A stretch of DNA of 57,914 bases from Octopus bimaculoides (GCF_001194135.2 NC_068986.1:83977691-84035604); one strand, 5' to 3'; counted from the first letter of the stretch, positions 1 to 13,051 are shown. A program made the numbers and translations. The notes: a model not told the origin generated them from the sequence alone.

Positions 1-97
1 AAATACGTAGCTGCATGAATTGAGCCAAGCATCATTTTTGGATAATTGATGCCACATTAATTCATTCAAGTATCTTGTTATGAAGTTGTTGTACATC

Positions 98-324
98 TGT
101 TGTGATGACAGTTATGACACTCCTTTGCAAGACATAGATTCATCCAAGTAAAGTATAAATAGTAATTATCCGAGTGAGTTCAGAGTTTGAGTCGAGCGAA
201 GTTTGTGTTAGTTCACAGTGAAGTCAGAAGGTATCAGCTGGTTAGCTCACAAGGAATATTGATTGTAGGCGCATAAAGAGAATTGTTAGTTCATTACAGT
301 GTTTTTACAAATTACATTACAACA
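98..324 (+). repeat. 5' LTR of the Gypsy element
   Basis: Aligns by eye to 2765-3021; TATAAA at 154-159; followed by the PBS. Confidence 0.9.
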
Positions 325-2764
325 TCTGGCGACGAGGGTTTCAAAACTCCTGTAGGTTATTTAACAATTTGTTTGATACAACTTGTTAAATAGTAGACCT
401 ATTAGCTTCCATAATACAGTTGTAAAAGCAGAAACAGGAGTTGCAGAAGCAACTATTACAGCAACAACAATTATTGAAGCTATATTCAAAGAAGTCCAAA
501 CATGAAGTAAGTTCATTTTCACCAGACAGCGTTTCAAACTTGATTAATGAATTCAGTTATAACTCAGAGGAGGGTATAACTTTTGCATCGAACTGCAGAA
601 GGTACAAGGATATTATTAAGCAAGATTGTAAATCATGGTCGAATGAACAAAAAAATGAGATATTGTGAAAATTAACTTCATTAGAAAACAAACATTACTG
701 TAATTTCATATTGCCAAAATTCCCAATGAAATCTGTTTTAAAGAAGCAAAAGCATTACTGTCTAACATATTTAATGATAAAACTTCTCCATTTAACACTC
801 AAATGGAGTGTTGGAATATAACAAAAAAAGAGAATGATGATTTTATCACATATGCAGGAACAGTTAACCAGATGTTTGAAAGTTTTAAACTCAAAGAACT
901 TACACCTGAGATGTTTAAGAGTTATTTTTGTACAAGGCCTTACAGCAAGCGAACATGCAGAAATTTGGACAAGAATTCTTTCTAAATTGGAACAAGTGAA
1001 CCAAGATCCAACTTACAGTTTGTGGTAGAAGACTGCCAAAGGATGGTAAATCTGAAACACAATGTAGAAAAAATTCAAGAAAAGGATTCCTCAAAAATAC
1101 AGATATGCTGACCAGAAAAGTACAATTAAAAAAGAGTGCCACATCTTAATCCATGTTATGGATGTGGGGGCATGCATTTCAGAAAGGACTGCCCATTTAA
1201 AAATTCCAAAATGTTCCAGTTGCAAAAGAATTCACACTGCAGAACAAAATTACGAAGGTCAAACATTAAAAATCCTAGAGTAGTCTCAGCAAATACAAAA
1301 ATCGACTCCTGAATAAGAAAATTCATACATGTAAAAATAAACAATACATATTAAACTTCGATTGGATACTGGAAGTGATATTTCAATAATAAATATGGAC
1401 ATATGGAAGTAAATAGAGAAACCTGTGTTGAGAAAAACAGCAAAATCTGCTCATAGCATGACTGGCAATAAATTAAATTTCATAAGTAAAATGTGGACTA
1501 ATGCCACATTTTGAGGGAAAACATGCAAGGCGAAAGTCTTCATCATTTAAAATGCAACCAATCTGTTTGGTAGCAATTGGTTAGAATTATTTGATTTATG
1601 AGACCTCCCCATAAATTTCTATTGTAAAAACATAAACGGTTGTCCCTCTAGAAATAATTCATCTGAAGAGTTAAAGAGAATTTTTTTTTTTATGTTTCTG
1701 CAAGTACTCTCAGATAAACTAGGTTTATGCACAATGACTGAGAGCCCATGGTCCAGGATACATATCAACTATGTTGGACTAGTGAACAGTGCATACTATC
1801 TAATCATTGCAGATAACTATACAAAGTGGCCGGAAGTATGCAGATGTAATAAACCCACAGCAAGGACAACAATAAAGTTCCTACTCAAGTTATTTGCTCT
1901 ATGTGGTGTTCCAGACACGTTAGTTTCAGATAATGGAACGCAATTCATGGGATATAAATCAAGAAATTTCTGCAAAATACATGCCATAAAGCACATTTTA
2001 TCCCACCCTACCACCTGAGATCAAATGGGCTGGCAGAAAGATTTGTTGACATGTTCAAAAGAGCTCTAAGAAAAGCTAGGAATGAGCTAGATAATGATGA
2101 GGCACTAACAAAATCTTTAAGAGTATATAGAATAATGCCAAATCCAAATACTAATTCAGTAAAGTCACCAGCAGAGTTAATGTTCGCATGTAAAATAAAA
2201 TCAATCTTCGATAAATTATTGTCAGGAAAAATGACAAAAAATACATTTGGAGGAAATACAAGAAATATTACAAAACATTTTGAAGTAGGAGACAAAGTTC
2301 ATTTTAGAAATTACAAAAATGTTAAAGAAGGCTAGGAGGATGGCTGTGTAATCAAAAGATTAGGTAACATGATGTATTTAATCTAAGGACACTGTTTGGA
2401 ACATAAGAGACACCTTACCAGTTAAAAATGAGACATACAGAAGAATGGAAGTATTCAATGATTGAAGTGCCAGCACTGAGAGATATTGAACTCCATAGAA
2501 CTAGCTTCAGAAAAGCAAAAACAGACTGAATATCTGGAAGTATTACCTAAACAAAAAAGATATTAAATTAAAAAAAACAAAAAAAAACAAAACAAGAGTG
2601 CTTAGTACAACGAAAAGAAAAAAGTGCTGTATGCAACAAACAACACTACCTTAAAAGTCAGGCAACAGCTAAAAAAAAAAGAGAGAGAGGTGCTGGAAAG
2701 AAAAAAAAAATTAAATAAAAAAAATTCCACTTTCTCACAGTAGTCAAAATCTCAAAAGGGGAGA

Positions 2765-3021
2765 TGTTGTGATGAGAGTCATGATGACCCCTTGCAAGAG
2801 ATAGACTGGTTTGAGTAAAGTATAAATTGTAACAATCCGAGTGAGTTCAGAGTTTGGAGTCAAGTGAAGTTCATGTTAGTTCACAATGAAGTTGGAAGGT
2901 GTCGGTTGGTTAGTTCACAAGGAATATTGATTATTGGTTCATAAAGAGATTTGTTAGTTCGTTACATTGTTTGTACTGTTGTCTGGTTGTCTTATTGTAC
3001 ATATCAAATTACATTACAACA
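2765..3021 (+). repeat. 3' LTR of the Gypsy element
   Basis: Preceded by the PPT; about 30 nt longer than the 5' LTR; many C/T and G/A differences between the two. Confidence 0.9.
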
Positions 3022-3289
3022 CCACATAATTTTCAAGATTGTTTGCAATTTTTCTAGTGACCTCAATCATATTTGTGTGAATTTCAGTGAATGGGTCCAT
3101 CCATGAAACTTCTATAATGAATGATCCTATTATCTTTTATTTTTTGCTTTAGTCATTGGATTGCTGACATGCTGGAGCATCATCTTGAAGGGTTTTGTTG
3201 GACAAATCATGCTTAGTACATACTGTTGTAAGTGTGGCACTTATTCTATCAGTTTCTTTTGCTGAACCACTAAGTTATGGGGATTAAGA

Positions 3290-3600
3290 CCTCCTTTGGT
3301 CATTAATGAATATGGGATTACATCTAGAAAGTTCCCCTCCAAGGCACAAGTCCGGGCAAGGTGGTTCATAGAGGACCAGCATGCACCCAGGCATACCAAT
3401 CTACCTTCTCCAAGCCACCAATGTTATCCAAAGGAAAGGCAAAGGCTGATACAGCTTGATACCAGTGACATTGCAGCTCAATTCTACAGCTGAGTGAAGT
3501 GGAGCAACATTGCTCAAGAACACAACACACACAGCCCAGTCTGGGAATCAAACTCACTACCTCGTGATTGTGAGCTCAATGCTCTAACCACTGAGCCATA
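3290..3600 (-). mobile_element. tRNA-derived SINE (head TGGCTCAGTGGTTAGAGC)
   Basis: A-box-like tggctcagtgg and B-box-like gagtttgattccc on the - strand; body recurs at 6270-6503, 16400-16585 and 37320-37620. Confidence 0.7.
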
Positions 3601-4109
3601 AATCAAACAAAACNNNNNNNNNNGGCTGATACAGCTTGATACCAGTGACATTGCAGCTCAATTCTACAGCTGAGTGAAGTGGAGCAACATTGCTCAAGAA
3701 CACAACACACACAGCCCAGTCTGGGAATCAAACTCACTACCTCGTGATTGTGAGCTCAATGCTCTAACCACTGAGCCATAAATCAAACAAAACAATAATC
3801 ATCAAGTGGTAGAGGGGCGCATGCACACACACACACACACACACACAAATAAACAACAAACTTCCATTCTGTTTCTGTCTACCAATGTCACTCACAAGGT
3901 ATCAGTTGGCTCAAGGCTATAGTAGAAAATACTTGCCCAAGATGCCACAGGGTGGAACTCAACCTGCTGGCAAAGTGAGCCCCAAGACAGCCAAGTTTGC
4001 ACTTAAATATAATTCATTACTAGACATTCATAGACATTCCATTTCACCTAGGTCTGCGATAGGGAGGGCATTCAATAATCTGAATAATGCTTCCTGGTGC
4101 TATATAAAT

Positions 4110-4437
4110 TAACTGGCACTCAGTCATTTATGACGATGAGGGTTCCAGTTGATCTGATCAACAGAACAGCCTGCTCATGAAATTAATGTGCAAGTGGCTG
4201 AGCACTCCACAGACATGCATACCCTTAACATAGTTCTCCGGAAGATATAGCTTGATACAAAATGTGACACGGCTGGCCCTTTGAAATACAGTACAACTCG
4301 TTTTTGACAGCTGAGTAGACTGGAGCAACATGAAATAAATAGTCTTGCTCAAGGACACAATGTACCACTGGGAATCAAACTTACAACCTTACAATTGTGA
4401 GTTGAAAACCCTGACCACTAAGCCATGTGCATTCACT
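4110..4437 (-). mobile_element. tRNA-derived SINE
   Basis: Head catggcttagtggtcagg...gtttgattcccag on the - strand plus the conserved cagctgagtagactggagcaac core; related heads at 4585-4700 and 9880-10020. Confidence 0.65.
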
Positions 4438-4820
4438 GATGCTATATGCTACCATGACTAGATTTGGGATGGATACTGGAATAGATTCTCTTAGCCTTCT
4501 CCAGGCAGCTGGAATTTGAACTCAAAATTTAGGGAGCCAGAAGATATACCAAAAGGCATTTTCTGCTAATGCACCATTCTTCTACTTGCAGAGCAATGTG
4601 AAATGAAGTGTTTTTCTCAAGAATAAAACATACTGCCAGTCTGGGAATTGAACCCATGATCTATCAATTGTGAGTTCAACACCCTAACCACCAGGCCACA
4701 CACATTTACCTTATTCAGGTATAATAGAAGAAATTTAGTAGAAAATAAAGATAGTAAAATTTGGTGAAATAGCATTATACTCATGTGTAAAAAAAAAAAG
4801 AACGAAAATAACCATTAACA

Positions 4821-5226
4821 GGCGCAGGAGTGGCTGTGTGGTAAGTAGCTTGCTTACCAACCACATGGTTCCAGGTTCATTCCCACTGCGTGGCACCTTG
4901 GGCAACTGTCTTCTACTATAGCCTCGGGCAGACCAAAGCCTTGTGAGTGGATTTGGTAGACGGAAACTGAAAGAAGCCCGTCGTATATATGTATATATAT
5001 ATGTGTGTGTGTGTGTTTGTATCTGTGTTTGTCCCCCAACATCGCTTGGCAACCAATGCTGGTGTGTTTACATCCCCGTAACTTAGCGGTTCGGCAAAAG
5101 AGATCGATAAAATAAGTAATAGGCTTCCAAAGAAAAAGTCCTGGGGTCGATTTGCTTGACTAAAAGGCGGTGCTCCAGCATGGCCACAGTCAAATGACTG
5201 AAACAAGTAAAAGAGTAAAAGAGTAA
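4821..5226 (+). mobile_element. Young full-length tRNA-derived SINE (GGCGCAGGAGTGGCTGTGTGG family)
   Basis: A/B-box-like head, internal (TA)n(TG)n microsatellite and (AAAAGAGT)n tail; near-identical copies elsewhere in the window. Confidence 0.85.
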
Positions 5227-5452
5227 CTCAAGAAAATGAAGATACTGAAGGTGATAAACCCATGACATTTAATGCCTAATGTTTACTCTTCACTACTTAC
5301 AGATATCAAACAATATATGCATAGAAAATGCATCCTACAGAGAGCGTAACTGCAATTTATTGAGACTTTTTTCCGATGTTTTGTAACTTCAAACTATTTG
5401 GTTGGTTAACAGAAGAACCAAAATCTGAGTGATGCCCTAATGCAAAAATAAT

Positions 5453-5617
5453 GGAGTGGCTGTGTGGTAAGTAGCTTGCTTACCAACCACATGGTCCCGG
5501 GTTCAGTCCCACTGCATGGCATCTTGGGCAAGTGTCTTCTACTATAGCCTCGGGCCGACCAAAGCCTTGTGAGTGGATTTGGTAGACGGAAACTGAAAGA
5601 AGCCCGTCGTATATATG

Positions 5618-5648
<31 letters not shown>

Positions 5649-5856
5649 ATGTGTTTGTGTGTCTGTTTGTCTTCCCACCATCGCTTGACAACCGATGCTG
5701 GTGTGTTTATGTCCCCGTAACTTAGCGGTTCGGCAAAAGAGACCGATAGAATAAGTACTAGGTTTCCAAAGAATAAGTCCTGGGGTTGATTTGCTCGACT
5801 AAAGGCGGTGCTCCGGTATGGCCACAGTCAAATGATTGAAACGAGTAAAAGAGTAA
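5453..5856 (+). mobile_element. Young full-length tRNA-derived SINE (same family as 4821-5226)
   Basis: Collinear with 4821-5226 over about 400 bp. Confidence 0.85.
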
Positions 5857-6269
5857 ATATTAACAAAAAAATCTCCCTCACATCACATGCTACCTTCTTC
5901 ATAAAAGAAAGTGTCCACTTCAGATTATGTAGTTCTGAAAATAATGAGACAGGGTAGTCATGACTGGAGTACTTTTGATCATAGTTCTGCTAAGACATAA
6001 TAATAATAATAATAGCTTTGCACATGACCTATTAGTTGAGTATAATGTGACATGAAACCACACCAGGAAGCAACAAAAGTCTGGGTGCACTCCATACCAT
6101 ATGCACACACACATATATAATACATGAATATACGTATAGATATATGTGTGTATTCAAGACTAGAAAATTTACAATGACATACATATACATAAATTTTGAT
6201 ACCTATTCTTCATATTAATGAACTAGGAGTATTTAAAGCATGGACATTTTGTATAATTATTATCCTGGT

Positions 6270-6540
6270 TCATAGAGGACCAGCATGCACCCAGGCATAC
6301 CAATCTACCTTCTCCAAGCCACCAATGTTATCCAAAGGAAAGGCAAAGGCTGATACAGCTTGATACCAGTGACATTGCAGCTCAATTCTACAGCTGAGTG
6401 AAGTGGAGCAACATTGCTCAAGAACACAACACACACAGCCCAGTCTGGGAATCAAACTCACTACCTCGTGATTGTGAGCCCAATGCTCTAACCACTGAGC
6501 CATAAATCAAACAAAACAATAATCATCAAGTGGTAGAGGG

Positions 6541-6605
<65 letters not shown>

Positions 6606-6671
6606 TAAACAACAAGCTTCCATTCTGTTTCTGTCTACCAAAGTCACTCACAAGGTATCAGTTGGCTCAAG
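6270..6671 (-). repeat. Near-identical local duplicate of 3366-3912 (SINE part + spacer + (CA)n + SINE part)
   Basis: Sequence matches 3366-3613 and 3625-3912 with only a few substitutions, including the non-SINE spacer aatcaaacaaaacaataatcatcaagtggtagagggg. Confidence 0.85.
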
Positions 6672-7002
6672 GAAATCTCTAATAAAAAAAAAACATAACA
6701 AAAAATATGAGTCTTGTTTCTCTTACACCATGTCTTATGCATTCATAAAATGTGTCTCAATTATTTTGGTAGTTATCTTCGCAGATTATTTTACTTTATC
6801 ATATAAAGACCTTCGTGAGAAACATAAAACATGGTATACCATCCCTTCTTACAAGAGGAAATATTTAGAGATAATAACTGCTGCTGAAATAATTTCACAT
6901 TCTAATCAGCAGCAATAAAATATCTAATCTTACAGTAAATTTTGTTACTTGATATTATCTGAAGGAAGTAGTTCTTATTATGACACAAACAAAGGCATCA
7001 AG

Positions 7003-7210
7003 CAGGCAGAACTGTTAGCATGCCAGACAAAATGCTTAGCGACATTTCATCCATCTGTACATTCTGAGTTCAAATTCTGCCAAGGTTGACTTTACCTTTT
7101 ATCCATGTAAGGTTAATAAAATAAGTACTAGTTGAACACTGGCGGCAACGTAATTAAAAGACTCCCTCTTCAAAATTGCTGGCCTTGTGCTAAAATTTGA
7201 AATTAATACG
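7003..7210 (+). mobile_element. Older tRNA-derived SINE (gcaggcagaactgttagc...gagttcaaattc family)
   Basis: Same family as the copy at 44541-44756, with most CpGs decayed. Confidence 0.65.
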
Positions 7211-7901
7211 ACATATAAAGCGTTATTTAAAACGTCTGACTGTTGTCTGTATGTCAGTCTGTCTGCCTGTCTAACTTGATAGACAGACAGACAGACAAAC
7301 AGATGGGTAGGTAGACAGATAAAAGTTTGATAAATAGATAAATAGCATCTCAATATACATCATTTTCCCTGTGTTGGTTCCCATTATGGCCCTTGGTGAA
7401 TTAACTTAATCTTTACTTGAGTTTAGTTCAAGCTGTTAGCTAACTTGGAAAGCATGGCCAAGTGATTAAGAAGTTTGCTTCCCCAACACATGGTCCAGTC
7501 ACATTGGATGGCACTTTAGGCAAGTGTCTTCTACTATAACCCCAAGCCAACCAAAACCTTGAGTAGATCAGTAGATGGAAACTGAAAAAAACCTGTTGTG
7601 TGTGTGTGTGTGTGCATGGGAGTATGTATGTTACTGACTTCAAGTCTTGAGATCAGGTGAAACAAGTGATGTCCTTCATTTCCAATCTTCCATAAAAGCA
7701 TGTTTGACCATGGGAAAATATTACTTGGAAACAGATGAGAGGTGATGACAGGTAGAGCACCCAAGTGTAGAAAATCTGCCTTATTGAATTGCAACCAACC
7801 CATGTGAGCATGGAGAAATGCAAGTTAAAATGATGTATATACATACATATATACATACATATATACATACATATATACATACATACATTTTAACATACAC
7901 A

Positions 7902-7935
<34 letters not shown>

Positions 7936-8479
7936 TGCATACACATATACACATATATGCACATATTATGTTTGTGTGCATGTGTGTGTGTGAGCATATA
8001 TATATATATTCACAAACACACATACAAATCATAACGTAGAATCATAACGTAGAAAGATAATGTCTTATGCGTATGTGAGTTATCTTTAGTTTCTCAGAAA
8101 AAAAAAAATACATAGTTTAACTGAAGGTTACTTTTTCATTACATAATGGGAATTATCAAAGCTGCTATGTTAGTCTAATTTGTATGTACAGTACTAACGC
8201 TTATAAATAAAACTAACTAAAACTAATCAAGACCAAAATTTCACTTTTAAGTTGGTGTTAACATATTTTATTAATTTGTACAGCAGCAAATATATAACAT
8301 TGTGTAAGAATATTATTACTTTGGTTTGTTTTGTCTTTGGTCAGCAAATGTTATTTTCTATTTGCTTTTATATAGAAATCAAAAGAAATAACTACTATTC
8401 TCTTCAAACATTGCTTTTGTGACCTAGACATCAATGTTTTGACACTGATCTATTTTTGACATGCAATAAGCACCATTCA

Positions 8480-8770
8480 TGCGTGGGTCGTTGCTAGTGC
8501 CACCTGACTGGCTCCCCATACTGGTGGTATGTAAAAAGCACCATCCAAACGTGGCCAATGCCAGTGCTACCTAACTGGCTCCCATGCTAGTGGCATGTAA
8601 AAAGCACCCACTACATTCTCGGAGTGGTTGGTGTTAGGAAGAGTATCCAGCTGTAGAAACATTGCCAGATCAGATTGGAGCCTGGTGCTGCCTCCTGGCT
8701 TGCCAGTGCCCACTCAAACCGTCCAACCCATGCCAGCATAGAAAATGGACGTTAAACGATGATGATGGTG
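8480..8770 (+). mobile_element. RTE-type LINE 3' tail / derived short element
   Basis: Ends catgccagcatagaaaatggacgttaaacgatgatgatg; the same tail occurs at 7660-7835, 11805-11940 (-), 34445-34650 (-) and 35145-35360 (-). Confidence 0.55.
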
Positions 8771-9299
8771 GTGGTGGTTGTTGTTGTTGTTGTTATTATT
8801 ATTATTATTATTAATATTATTATTTCAGACAGATTCAGTGCTGAGTTGCTTTAAGCAGAAATATCATTATTCCACAAATATTCTGCTCAATGCCACAGAT
8901 TTGCTTGTCCTTAACCACTTGAACATGTTCCTTTGTGACTGACAATATGTGCATCTCTGATGATGAGCAGAAGTAGTGGGTGAGCATCATAGCTATGTGT
9001 TGAGAGGGATTCTTTGGAGTTTGGATAAATGTAACAAAAAGCAAAGTTTGAAGGAAATATTAGCCATTTTTCATACTTTTAAGGGGTAAGCAAGGGGGAA
9101 ATAAAAATTACTACCCAAGGATGAAAATCATGTTACACAGTGTAATCTTATACATTTCCTCAATGGTTCTTTGATTGCTTCTTCAGCCAGTACATTGACT
9201 TCTTCACTGAATAGATCTAAATATGATAAAAACATAACTGGAGTTGTTTCATTATGGTTGCCTGAAAAATGACAAATATTGTTTATTTTTCTTCATTCT

Positions 9300-9354
<55 letters not shown>

Positions 9355-11226
9355 ACAAGTTTCTTTCAGGCATGGCTGTGTCATAGGAAGTTTTTGGATA
9401 GAAAATGTCAAAGGTTACCTGTTGGGCTCAAACCTACATCTCTTGTAGGCATGACAAGTGGTCTACCATTAATTCTTTTTTTGGAATAATAGTCCTTGAA
9501 GTACATCTCATACAGCTATAAAGAATAGCATGTAAACATTGAGATGAGGAAACCTTGTGGATAGAAGAATATATTTATAAAATTCTTACAATGTCAACAA
9601 CAAACAATTCTCATTGGTAAGAATAAAGTTTCTAAAATGAATAAAGAAATTTGAAGGATTGCTTTTGTCCAATGGTAGAATGTCTATCATATCTTCAAGA
9701 GGTATGAGTTCAAGTCCCATATATAGTCTTTGACTTCTTTCTATCCAAAAGGGGTTTTCTACTCAATATTTATATTTTGACAAGTCTCTTAACCCCTTGG
9801 GGTTGTTGGGGCACTGCAGCCATGCAGCGTATCTAGAGTGAGAAAGCCTGGTGGAACCCATCCCTCTCTGAGATAAACTCATTTCTACAGCTGAGTGGAC
9901 TGGAGCAACATGAAGTGAAGTGTTTTGCTCAAGAACACAATGCATCACCCAATCCAGGAATTGAAACCACAGTCTTACGATTGTGAGTCCAAAGCCCTAA
10001 CCACTAAGCCATGTGCCTCCATAATATTTATATATTCATATGCTATTATTTTTATTATACATTTATATGCTATTCTTTATAGCTGTATGTGATGTGCTTC
10101 AAGAACCATTATTCCATGAAAGAATTATTTCATACTCTCTCAAAAGTTCATAAAGTTCTTATGACATCAAAACTACCATAGGTATTTAGAAGACATTGAC
10201 ACTTTAGCATTCAGGTTACTCTGTCAAATGTAATGCTTGTTTATTCACATTGTTTAGAACGAATAATGACTTTTCGCAGAGGTTCAAGATTTCAATCATG
10301 TAATTGTTTATTTTTAGAATGACATTGTAAGTGTGAGATACTGGATTTGGCCAGATTGAACATAAAACAGGTACAATATTTGGGCTGGAAATGGTCAGTT
10401 TAAATGCAAAAGGGTTAATACACATACTATATCCTAATACAAAAAATATTAAAAAATAACATTAGGAGTACGCTATAAGTGACATAGTTGCATGACAACT
10501 AAATCTCTTTACATCATAAATTATCCAAATAAACTGTATATCTAACAAAGCTAATTACAACAACTCATCAGGCATTGCCTTGATGTGTTTAGTCCCTACA
10601 AGTGCATGGTAAACAATCTTCTGACTTTTACAGCATGCTCACACATCAATGAATAAAATAAAATTAGTTTACAAACTTGAAAATTTTTTTTTTTTAAATA
10701 TAACCAGTAAACATAAATAAGACTTCCAGAATTCAACAATGCCACAATCTCCAGCATGTAGATGTAGGCGTGATTGTGTGCTCAGTTTTACTGCATAGGT
10801 TCAGTCCCACCTCAGCCAAGTGTCTTCGAATATAGCCTTTGAATGACCAGTGCTTTGCGAGTGAATTTGGTAGGTGGAAACTGTGTGTAGGCCCGTATAT
10901 GTGCGTGCTTCTGTTTGTGTTTGTCCTCCAACCACCATCACCACCATTGCTTGACAACCAGTGTTAGTTTTTTTTACATCTTCCATAACTTAGTAGTTCA
11001 GCAAAAGAGTCCAACAGATTAAGTACCAGACTTTATTCAACTAAACACTTTAGGGAATGCCCCAGCATGGTTGTGGTCCAATGACTGAAACAAGTAAAAT
11101 ATAAAAAATTGCATGGACCAACATATATGTCCCAAACTGTGTCTGAATGTATGTATGTATGTATTGGAGTATAGTGGCAATGTCGAATAAATGATACACT
11201 ATAATTTAGTCAGTATGAGAGAAAGG

Positions 11227-11731
11227 GGGGTCACCATCTTGTACGTAACAACAAGATAATAGAAATTCACGAGACACTTGTAATAAGCCATAACATTTAT
11301 TACTAGAAATAATGCATTAACATATTAGGTTAATTGAAGGAAAGCTTGTAACATTACATGAACATATTCTGTTTGCAAACCATATGTATCCAAGTAAGTG
11401 AAGTGAGTGGGTGTGCGGGCAGATGTGTATGTGCGGTGGCCTGACTCAGGTATGTCGAAGAATCAACAAACACTGAGTGGCGCAAATTTAGAAATTCCTT
11501 CCCTTATATAAGGGATGAACTGGAAGTTCCCGACTTCTACGTAAAGTGGAGGTTTCCAGAAAGCTCTCGAACATTCTAGAAGCTTGAGGGAGATTACTCT
11601 CATTAAATCCTTTTTCTGTTTTGCTTCCTAAGTATCTTTCATAGTACCTACATTCAACAAAATAAGGGTAGGTTCATCCAAAATATACATATCCCACAAG
11701 ATAATACAAAACTTGTACAAATTAAGTTACA
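11227..11731 (-). mobile_element. 5' LTR + PBS relic of a second LTR retrotransposon
   Basis: On the - strand: TGTA.. start (11719 or 11731), TATA at 11510-11504, AATAAA at 11301-11296, end ...GTACA at 11240, then PBS-like TGGTGACCCC at 11236-11227. Internal region missing. Confidence 0.55.
11500..11586 (-). promoter_or_regulatory. LTR promoter: extended heat-shock element, kappaB-like site, palindromic TATA
   Basis: TTCcaGAAagCTCtcGAAcaTTCtaGAAgcTTG at 11554-11586; GGGAACTTCC on - at 11531-11522; 16-bp perfect palindrome TCCCTTATATAAGGGA at 11500-11515. Confidence 0.55.
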
Positions 11732-12480
11732 CATTAGACATAGCCTACTTGAGGAAAAGTAGGAACTAATTCAAACACAGCACTTCAACACAATGTACAT
11801 CATTATCATCACTATTTCAACATCCACTTTTCCATGCTTGCATGAGTTGGACAGAGTTTATTTAGGCAGATTTTCTAGTCAGATGCCCTTCCTGTTGTCA
11901 ACCCTTGCCTATCTGCTAGAAATGTAATATTTCTCCATCACCACCATGAACACCATCCCCACAACCAATAACAACATTGACAACATTAAAAATACTACCA
12001 TTAACACCAGCACAATCGCCAACACAGTACTCAAACAGCATCACAGAAATACCACCAACACAGATGTGCTCTAACCCTTAACCCATTAATATGCTGATTC
12101 TTTTCCTTGCCTTTCATACAGCTTCTATAATGGTTTCTCCTCCATAGAGCTGGTTAGTCTCATGCTGTCATCATTCAAACATTTCTGACCCACACATCTC
12201 TTCTCTTCTCAGCATTAAAGTCACTCTAATCACAGTGTTCTTGTCCTCTAGAACTTCCTCTTCGCTCATGTCTTTCCCATAGGTGATAGCTTGCAATGGT
12301 TCATAAAGAACATTAATAACATCATTCTCACACACACACACACACAAAAAAGAAAAATTACCAATACCACCAATAACAATTAAAAGATAACAAAGGAACC
12401 TCTACATGGTCACTTACCTGCTAGTGAAAGCAATTAATCTCCTTCAAATACCATACTTCACAATCATAGAAAAAGTACAT

Positions 12481-12642
12481 GCTAGACAATGTGACCCCGT
12501 GTTTCCTGTTCGTTATATGGACAATGTGACCTGCACATGTTATGGACAATGTGACCCTGGGTTTCCTGCACACGATATGGACAAGATGATTTGCACATGA
12601 TATGGACAATATGAACCTGGGCTTCTTGCAGATGATATGGCC
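12481..12642. repeat. 60-bp minisatellite (35+25 nt subunits starting tatggacaa), about 2.7 copies
   Basis: Subunits start at 12481, 12516, 12541, 12576, 12601 and 12636. Confidence 0.85.
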
Positions 12643-13051
12643 ATGGTTGAAATGTCTTTAATTATAAGTTTGCTCTGTCAAGGCTGATTTTGGCCTAAAC
12701 AGCAACACAACCACTACCACTAATGACAATGACACAGCTATCAGTGCTAAAAACAATCCAACTACTAACACCAATACAACCACAATTAACATAATCACCA
12801 ACATTAACATAACTAACACTAATACTACCAACAACAGACTCCTTATTACTAACGTAACCAACCCCAATACCAAGTAAATGGAAGTAATTAAATTACTGAG
12901 AAAAAGAAAGCAAATTTTCAAATATAAATTTAAAATGCAGTGTGTAAAAAAAAAAAAAAAGGCATAAGCACAATGAATGATTATGAAGTCAGTGTTTATT
13001 GAAATCTATTTCATTTAGAAAATTTAACAGATTGAATTTAATTTTATTTAT

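Larger units (their letters stand above)
98..3021 (+). mobile_element. Decayed, internally deleted Ty3/Gypsy LTR retrotransposon
   Basis: 5' LTR TGT..ACA 98-324; PBS TGGCGACGAGG 327-337; gag relic with knuckle CYGCGGMHFRKDC (~1151-1200); protease LDTGSD (DTG at 1365-1373); integrase core (WSRIHINY...DNYTKWPEV...GVPDTLVSDNGTQF, ~1735-2330); PPT aaaaggggaga 2754-2764; 3' LTR 2765-3021. Many stops and frameshifts; no matching TSD. Confidence 0.9.

Noticed and set aside
3445-3793. 169-bp exact tandem duplication
   Set aside because: The copies flank a 10-N gap, indicating an unmerged contig overlap. The same applies to 37944-38060 and 51690-51830.
6730-6918. 62-aa ORF as a possible upstream exon of the VWA gene
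   Set aside because: It ends in a stop without a donor, has no recognisable motif and lies upstream of the signal-peptide ATG.
9661-9720. tRNA-like A/B boxes here and at SINE heads
   Set aside because: No intact cloverleaf; they continue into repeat bodies, so they are SINE-derived, not tRNA genes.
12658-12921. Hydrophobic 87-aa ORF resembling a membrane protein
   Set aside because: It is the reverse complement of a degenerate (ACC/AAC/AAT) trinucleotide tract.
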